NCBI GenBank assembly: GCA_046484135.1
Contig: JAWOBU010000177.1
Coordinates: 1-20,935, forward strand
Source of the DNA: a bacterium
GTDB lineage: Bacteria > RBG-13-61-14 > DATKZS01
Reading direction: 5' to 3'
DNA: 20,935 nucleotides
Under the pieces are notes generated by a model, which saw only the letters and a program-made list of their open reading frames with translations, was not told the DNA's origin and did not search any database. The position numbers were made by a program, and so were the translations under genes. Every line of letters starts with the position of its first letter. Position 1 is the first letter of the stretch. Positions 17,619-20,935 of the stretch are shown piece by piece.

Positions 17619-17647
17619 ACATTCATCAGATTTACTTCGGCCACGCA

Positions 17648-18385
17648 TTAGAGCATCTCCGGGTCCACTATCACCCTGGTGCCGATCTTTTCGCCGGTGA
17701 GGACCCTTTTTATGTTGCCGGGCACGAGAAGGTTAAACACGATGATCTCCAGGTTATTGTCCATGCACAGGGTAATGGCGGGCGCATCCATGACCCGGAG
17801 ATTCTTGGAGATGACCTCCATGTGGGTCAGCTCGTCGAACCGGGTGGCGCTCGGCTCCACTACCGGGTCGGCGTCGAACACCCCTTCCACCTTGGTGGCC
17901 TTGAAAATGGCCTCCGCGCCGATCTCGACCGCCCGGAGCGCCGCTGCCATGTCGGTGCTGAAGTAGGGGTTCCCGGTTCCCGCGGCGAACACCACCGCCC
18001 TTCCTTTTTCCATGTGCCGGATGGCCCGCCTTCTGATGTAAGGCTCGCAGATCTGGGGGACCTCGATGGGGGACAGCACCCGGCAGGAGAACCCCTCCTT
18101 TTCAATGCTGTCCTGCAAAGCCACCGAGTTCAGGATGGTGGCCAGCATGCCCATGTAATCAGCGGTAACCCGGTCCAGACCCTGCTTGCTGGCGGGCACT
18201 CCCCGGAAGAAGTTGCCGGCGCCCACCACGATCGCGACCTGGACGCCCAGCTTAAGCACCTGTCCGATCTCTTCGGCAAACCGGTTCAGCGCCGGAAGGT
18301 CTATCCCGAACTCCTGCTCTCCCTGGAAAGCCTCGCCGGAGAGCTTGAGAAGAATCCGCTTATATGCAGGCTGCTCTTCCTTCAC
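17648..18385 (-). CDS. pyrH: UMP kinase
   Basis: [39 protein letters not shown] and KATKVEGV. The GTG start overlaps the tsf stop. Confidence 0.97.
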   Translation of the reverse strand: MKEEQPAYKRILLKLSGEAFQGEQEFGIDLPALNRFAEEIGQVLKLGVQVAIVVGAGNFFRGVPASKQGLDRVTADYMGMLATILNSVALQDSIEKEGFSCRVLSPIEVPQICEPYIRRRAIRHMEKGRAVVFAAGTGNPYFSTDMAAALRAVEIGAEAIFKATKVEGVFDADPVVEPSATRFDELTHMEVISKNLRVMDAPAITLCMDNNLEIIVFNLLVPGNIKRVLTGEKIGTRVIVDPEML

Positions 18386-19002
18386 TCCTCTTCCTCTGGT
18401 TCGGAAAGCTCTCCCACCTGGAAGCGGGCGAAGCGGCGGATGACCATCTTCTCCCCCGTCTTGCCGATCATGTCGTTTATGATGTCGTTGATGGTCTTGT
18501 CCTGGTCCTTGACGAACTGCTGTTCGAGAAGGCAGTTCTCGCTGAAGTACTTCTCGAGCTTGCCTTCCACTATCTTGTCAATCACCTTCTCCGGCTTGCC
18601 CGCGTCCAGGGCCTGGTTCCGGAATATCTCCCGCTCCTGTTCGAGAACATCGTCCGGGACCTCCTCCCGCGAGATGTAGGAGGGGTTACTGGCAGCGATG
18701 TGCATGGCCACGTCCCGGGCAAAGGCCTCGAACTCCGCGGTCCGGGCCACAAAGTCGGTCTCGCAGTCAACCTCGACCATGACCCCGATCTTGCCGCCGG
18801 GCCGATGAACATAGGTCCCGATCAGTCCTTCCTTGGCGGACTTGCCCGCCCGCTTGTCGGACGTGGCCTGGCCCTTGGTCCGAAGGATGTTCACCGACTG
18901 GTCCAGGTCGCCGCCGGTCTCCTCCAGGGCGCGCTTGCAGTCCATCATGCCCGCCCCCGTCTTCTCCCTCAACTTCTTTACCAGCTCCGCTGTAATGGCC
19001 AA
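18382..19002 (-). CDS. tsf: Translation elongation factor Ts (short form, 206 aa)
   Basis: [37 protein letters not shown] and LLEQQFVKD. The TTG start has a GGAGG RBS. Confidence 0.97.
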   Translation of the reverse strand: MAITAELVKKLREKTGAGMMDCKRALEETGGDLDQSVNILRTKGQATSDKRAGKSAKEGLIGTYVHRPGGKIGVMVEVDCETDFVARTAEFEAFARDVAMHIAASNPSYISREEVPDDVLEQEREIFRNQALDAGKPEKVIDKIVEGKLEKYFSENCLLEQQFVKDQDKTINDIINDMIGKTGEKMVIRRFARFQVGELSEPEEEE

Positions 19003-19071
19003 CTTCTCTCCTCCCTGAACGTATGGTCTGTTTTTAAATTTCTGATAGTCTGCGTAATAACAAAGCAGTTC

Positions 19072-19989
19072 TCACTGCTCTTCATCTTGCCAGGCCGGCG
19101 ACTCTTCTTCCGCTTCGGTCTCCTCGGCAGACTCTTCTTCCAAGAACTCTTCTTCCGGCTCGCCCTCTTCTTCGACTTCACCGATCTCCTGGCTTATAAG
19201 GTCAGAGAAGTGCTCCACCACCGGACCTTTCTCTTCCGCCTCGCCCTCGGCGCCGGCGATCATGGCCGCTTCCATGCTTTCCGGCTCGGTGCGAAGCATC
19301 TTCTGGTGCATGTCCTTGCCTTCCAGGCAGGCGTCCGCGATCTTGCTGGTGAAAAGACGGATGGCCCGGATGGCGTCGTCGTTTCCGGGGATCACGTAGT
19401 CAATGGGGTCGGGATCGCAGTTGGTGTCAACCACGGCCACCACCGGGATGTCCAGCTTGTTGGCCTCGGCCACCGCGATCCGCTCCCGCCGGGGGTCTAT
19501 CACGAAAAGCGCGCCCGGCAGGCGGTTGATGTTCTTGATGCCGCCCAGGTTCTTCTCCAGCTTGGTGTAAACCCGCTGAATGGTGAGCACGTCCTTTTTG
19601 GGAAGCTTGTCCAGCTTGCCGTCCGCGGCCATCTCCTCGATACGCCGGAGCCGCTCGACCGAGGTCTGGATGGTCTTGAAGTTGGTCAAGGTGCCCCCCA
19701 GCCACCGGCTGTTGACAAAGTGCATGTTGCACCGCTCCGCCTCTTCCTGGATGGCGTCCGCGGCCTGGCGCTTGGTTCCAACGAACACGATCTCCTCTCC
19801 CCGGGCCACCGTGTCCACGATGAACTGGTAGGCCGTCTTGAAAACCTTGACCGTCTTTTGCAGGTCCACGATGTAAATGCCGTTTCGCGCCCCGTAGATG
19901 TACGGCTTCATCTTCGGGTTCCATCTTTTCGTCTGGTGCCCGAAATGAACGCCGGCCTCCAGAAGCTGCTTCATGGTTACCACTGCCAT
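19072..19989 (-). CDS. rpsB: 30S ribosomal protein S2 (305 aa, acidic C-terminal tail)
   Basis: [35 protein letters not shown] and [11 protein letters not shown] re-called the start to ATG 19989, which follows AAGGAGG, instead of 20130. Confidence 0.97.
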   Translation of the reverse strand: MAVVTMKQLLEAGVHFGHQTKRWNPKMKPYIYGARNGIYIVDLQKTVKVFKTAYQFIVDTVARGEEIVFVGTKRQAADAIQEEAERCNMHFVNSRWLGGTLTNFKTIQTSVERLRRIEEMAADGKLDKLPKKDVLTIQRVYTKLEKNLGGIKNINRLPGALFVIDPRRERIAVAEANKLDIPVVAVVDTNCDPDPIDYVIPGNDDAIRAIRLFTSKIADACLEGKDMHQKMLRTEPESMEAAMIAGAEGEAEEKGPVVEHFSDLISQEIGEVEEEGEPEEEFLEEESAEETEAEEESPAWQDEEQ

Positions 19990-19994
19990 AACAA

Positions 19995-20092
19995 AATTCC
20001 TCCTTGTCGGGTTTTTTCCTCCGCCGGCCGTGAAAATCGCCCCTACCGGAAACCCGGCACCCCGGGACGACGGTCCGGCGTGTGTATTAGTT
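19995..20092 (-). ncRNA. rpsB 5' leader (S2-binding autoregulatory RNA, t44-like)
   Basis: The minus strand reads ACACACGCCGGACCGTCGTCCCGGGGTGCCGGGTTTCCGGTAGGGGCGATTTTCACGGCCGGCGGAGGAAAAAACCCG. It shares the ACACACG, CCGGGGTGCC, GGAGG and AACCC landmarks with the enterobacterial rpsB leader. The nested stems are CGCCGG/CCGGCG, CCGT/ACGG, TCGTCCC/GGGGCGA and TGCCGG/CCGGTA. Confidence 0.8.
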
Positions 20093-20101
20093 AACCTAAA
20101 T

Positions 20102-20130
20102 AAATTAGCATGTATCACCGAAAATGACAA
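20102..20130 (-). promoter_or_regulatory. Sigma-70 promoter of the rpsB operon
   Basis: TTGTCA (20130-20125), 17-nt spacer, TAATTT (20107-20102) with an extended TGc, immediately upstream of the leader RNA. Confidence 0.7.
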
Positions 20131-20170
20131 ACCCCTTTTTCCCTTTTTCCGGAAAGCCCTCCAAATTGGC

Positions 20171-20205
20171 GGTAAAAATTTACCTTCTTCTGGTAGGAAT
20201 TACTC
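20171..20205. promoter_or_regulatory. Putative tandem enhancer (bEBP) binding boxes
   Basis: The inverted repeat GGTAAA-AA-TTTACC (20171-20184) and a weaker GGTAggaaTTAC copy starting 21 bp later, about 120-155 bp upstream of the predicted sigma-54 start site. Confidence 0.45.
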
Positions 20206-20299
20206 CTTTTACAGTTCAGCAGTTGAAGCCCGGTTCAGCGGTGCTTTCTTACTTCCTGTAAAGATTGCCGAATCAAGTTTCTTGCCGCTACCCTCAATT

Positions 20300-20316
20300 C
20301 CGGCATGCAGATTGCT
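20300..20316 (+). promoter_or_regulatory. Sigma-54 (-24/-12) promoter
   Basis: CCGGCATGCAGATTGCT, with GG (20302-3), 10 nt, GC (20314-5), close to the consensus YTGGCACGRNNNTTGCW. Confidence 0.65.
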
Positions 20317-20343
20317 TGATAATAGGGGCAGGAGGTATGAGCA

Positions 20344-20553
20344 ATGGAAAATTGTGAAAGGAACCGAGAGGCGGTAAGTTCGGTGGGGGACTTGGTGGAA
20401 GCCCTTTACATGGAGGTTGCTCCTCTGCCTTTGTCGGATGTGTCCAAGAACGCCCTGGTGATGGTGATGCTGGGGGACATCCTGAAGCGGGAAGGGAATC
20501 ACGTTTTTTTCCAGTATCCTGTTGACCTGGACAACACGCCGGTTGCGGCCTGA
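20344..20553 (+). CDS. Small hypothetical protein (69 aa)
   Basis: AGGAGG lies 8 nt before the ATG, third positions are GC-rich in an otherwise AT-richer region, a sigma-54 motif is upstream and a small hairpin is downstream. Confidence 0.7.
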   Translation: MENCERNREAVSSVGDLVEALYMEVAPLPLSDVSKNALVMVMLGDILKREGNHVFFQYPVDLDNTPVAA

Positions 20554-20556
20554 GCG

Positions 20557-20582
20557 GGCCTGACTTTCAGGTTTCTGCTTTA
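20557..20582 (+). terminator. Possible weak intrinsic terminator
   Basis: GGCCTGA-CTT-TCAGGTT followed by TCTGCTTT, directly after the stop codon. The stem is short and the U-tract is broken. Confidence 0.25.
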
Positions 20583-20935
20583 TGAATGCTCTCTTGTGGC
20601 GCAATCGGTTTCTTGTTCTGTTTTTAAAATGCAGGGCGGGACTTGATTTTTTAAAGAGCTCTTTTTGAGCGCCGGCCCGGCCCGGCTTTAGCGGGTGCTC
20701 GTCCCGGTTTTTCGCTTTTTTTCTTCTTTTATCTTGCCTTTTATAAAGCCTGTTTAAAAATACCCTATTGCTGCCGAATAAACTTCAAGCTGCCTCTCTG
20801 TGAGAGGCTTATGAACCGTGTCGGTGGTTAGAGGTTGTATTTTTTAACGAGAGCGGCGCTTGGTTTATTAGCGATTTGCAAAGGGTATTGCGTTTTAGCC
20901 GATACTCTTGCAGTGCGCTCCGGTTTGTTCACCGC

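Noticed and set aside
15037..18385. Motif deviations in Dxr (LPASGG, NKALE, AAADE) and PyrH (GAGN, STDM)
   Set aside because: Key catalytic residues appear retained, and I cannot distinguish these changes from normal lineage variation.
18382..19002. EF-Ts seems truncated relative to E. coli
   Set aside because: Short EF-Ts of about 200 aa is a normal form in several phyla.
19003..19071. Attenuator hairpin between rpsB and tsf
   Set aside because: No convincing stem-loop was found, only a short imperfect repeat (CAGACTAT/CAGACCAT on the minus strand).
18364..20094. 576-aa plus-strand ORF
   Set aside because: It is an antisense shadow of rpsB and tsf caused by high-GC codon bias, with no recognisable motifs.
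19990..20130. 47-aa N-terminal extension of S2 in the ORF track
   Set aside because: It overlaps the promoter and leader RNA, and the ATG at 19989 has AAGGAGG and matches the canonical S2 N-terminus.
20344..20553. The sigma-54-driven small ORF as the missing pilin
   Set aside because: It has no class III signal (G|F...E5) and no long N-terminal hydrophobic helix.
20209..20604. 131-aa minus-strand ORF
   Set aside because: It is antisense to the better supported 69-aa gene and its promoter.
1..20935. CRISPR array, tRNA, rRNA, transposase or integrase
   Set aside because: I saw no spaced direct repeats, cloverleaf signatures or recombinase motifs on reading by eye.

Overview
This window looks like a bacterial genome segment, probably Deltaproteobacteria-like (Desulfobacterota/Myxococcota-related). 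That placement is an inference from the pilGHI-type genes, the short EF-Ts and a sigma-54 promoter. It has three zones. (1) 1-5700: a lower-GC surface-polysaccharide zone with a FrhB-like Fe-S oxidoreductase fused to a polysaccharide pyruvyltransferase, a KpsS/LipB-like capsule protein, a convergent Stf0/NodH-type sulfotransferase and a broken radical SAM gene. (2) 5771-14958, minus strand, high GC: a 1457-aa YfhO-like/O-antigen-ligase/TPR fusion, a pilG-pilH-pilI-like ABC module with no adjacent pilin, and a second O-antigen-ligase/TPR protein, together a candidate surface glycosylation system. (3) 15037-20130, minus strand: the conserved rpsB-tsf-pyrH-frr-uppS-dxr operon, with its promoter and S2 leader RNA, lacking cdsA and rseP. 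A divergent 69-aa ORF with a sigma-54 promoter and putative enhancer boxes follows. All family calls come from motif recognition by eye, and no database searches were run.
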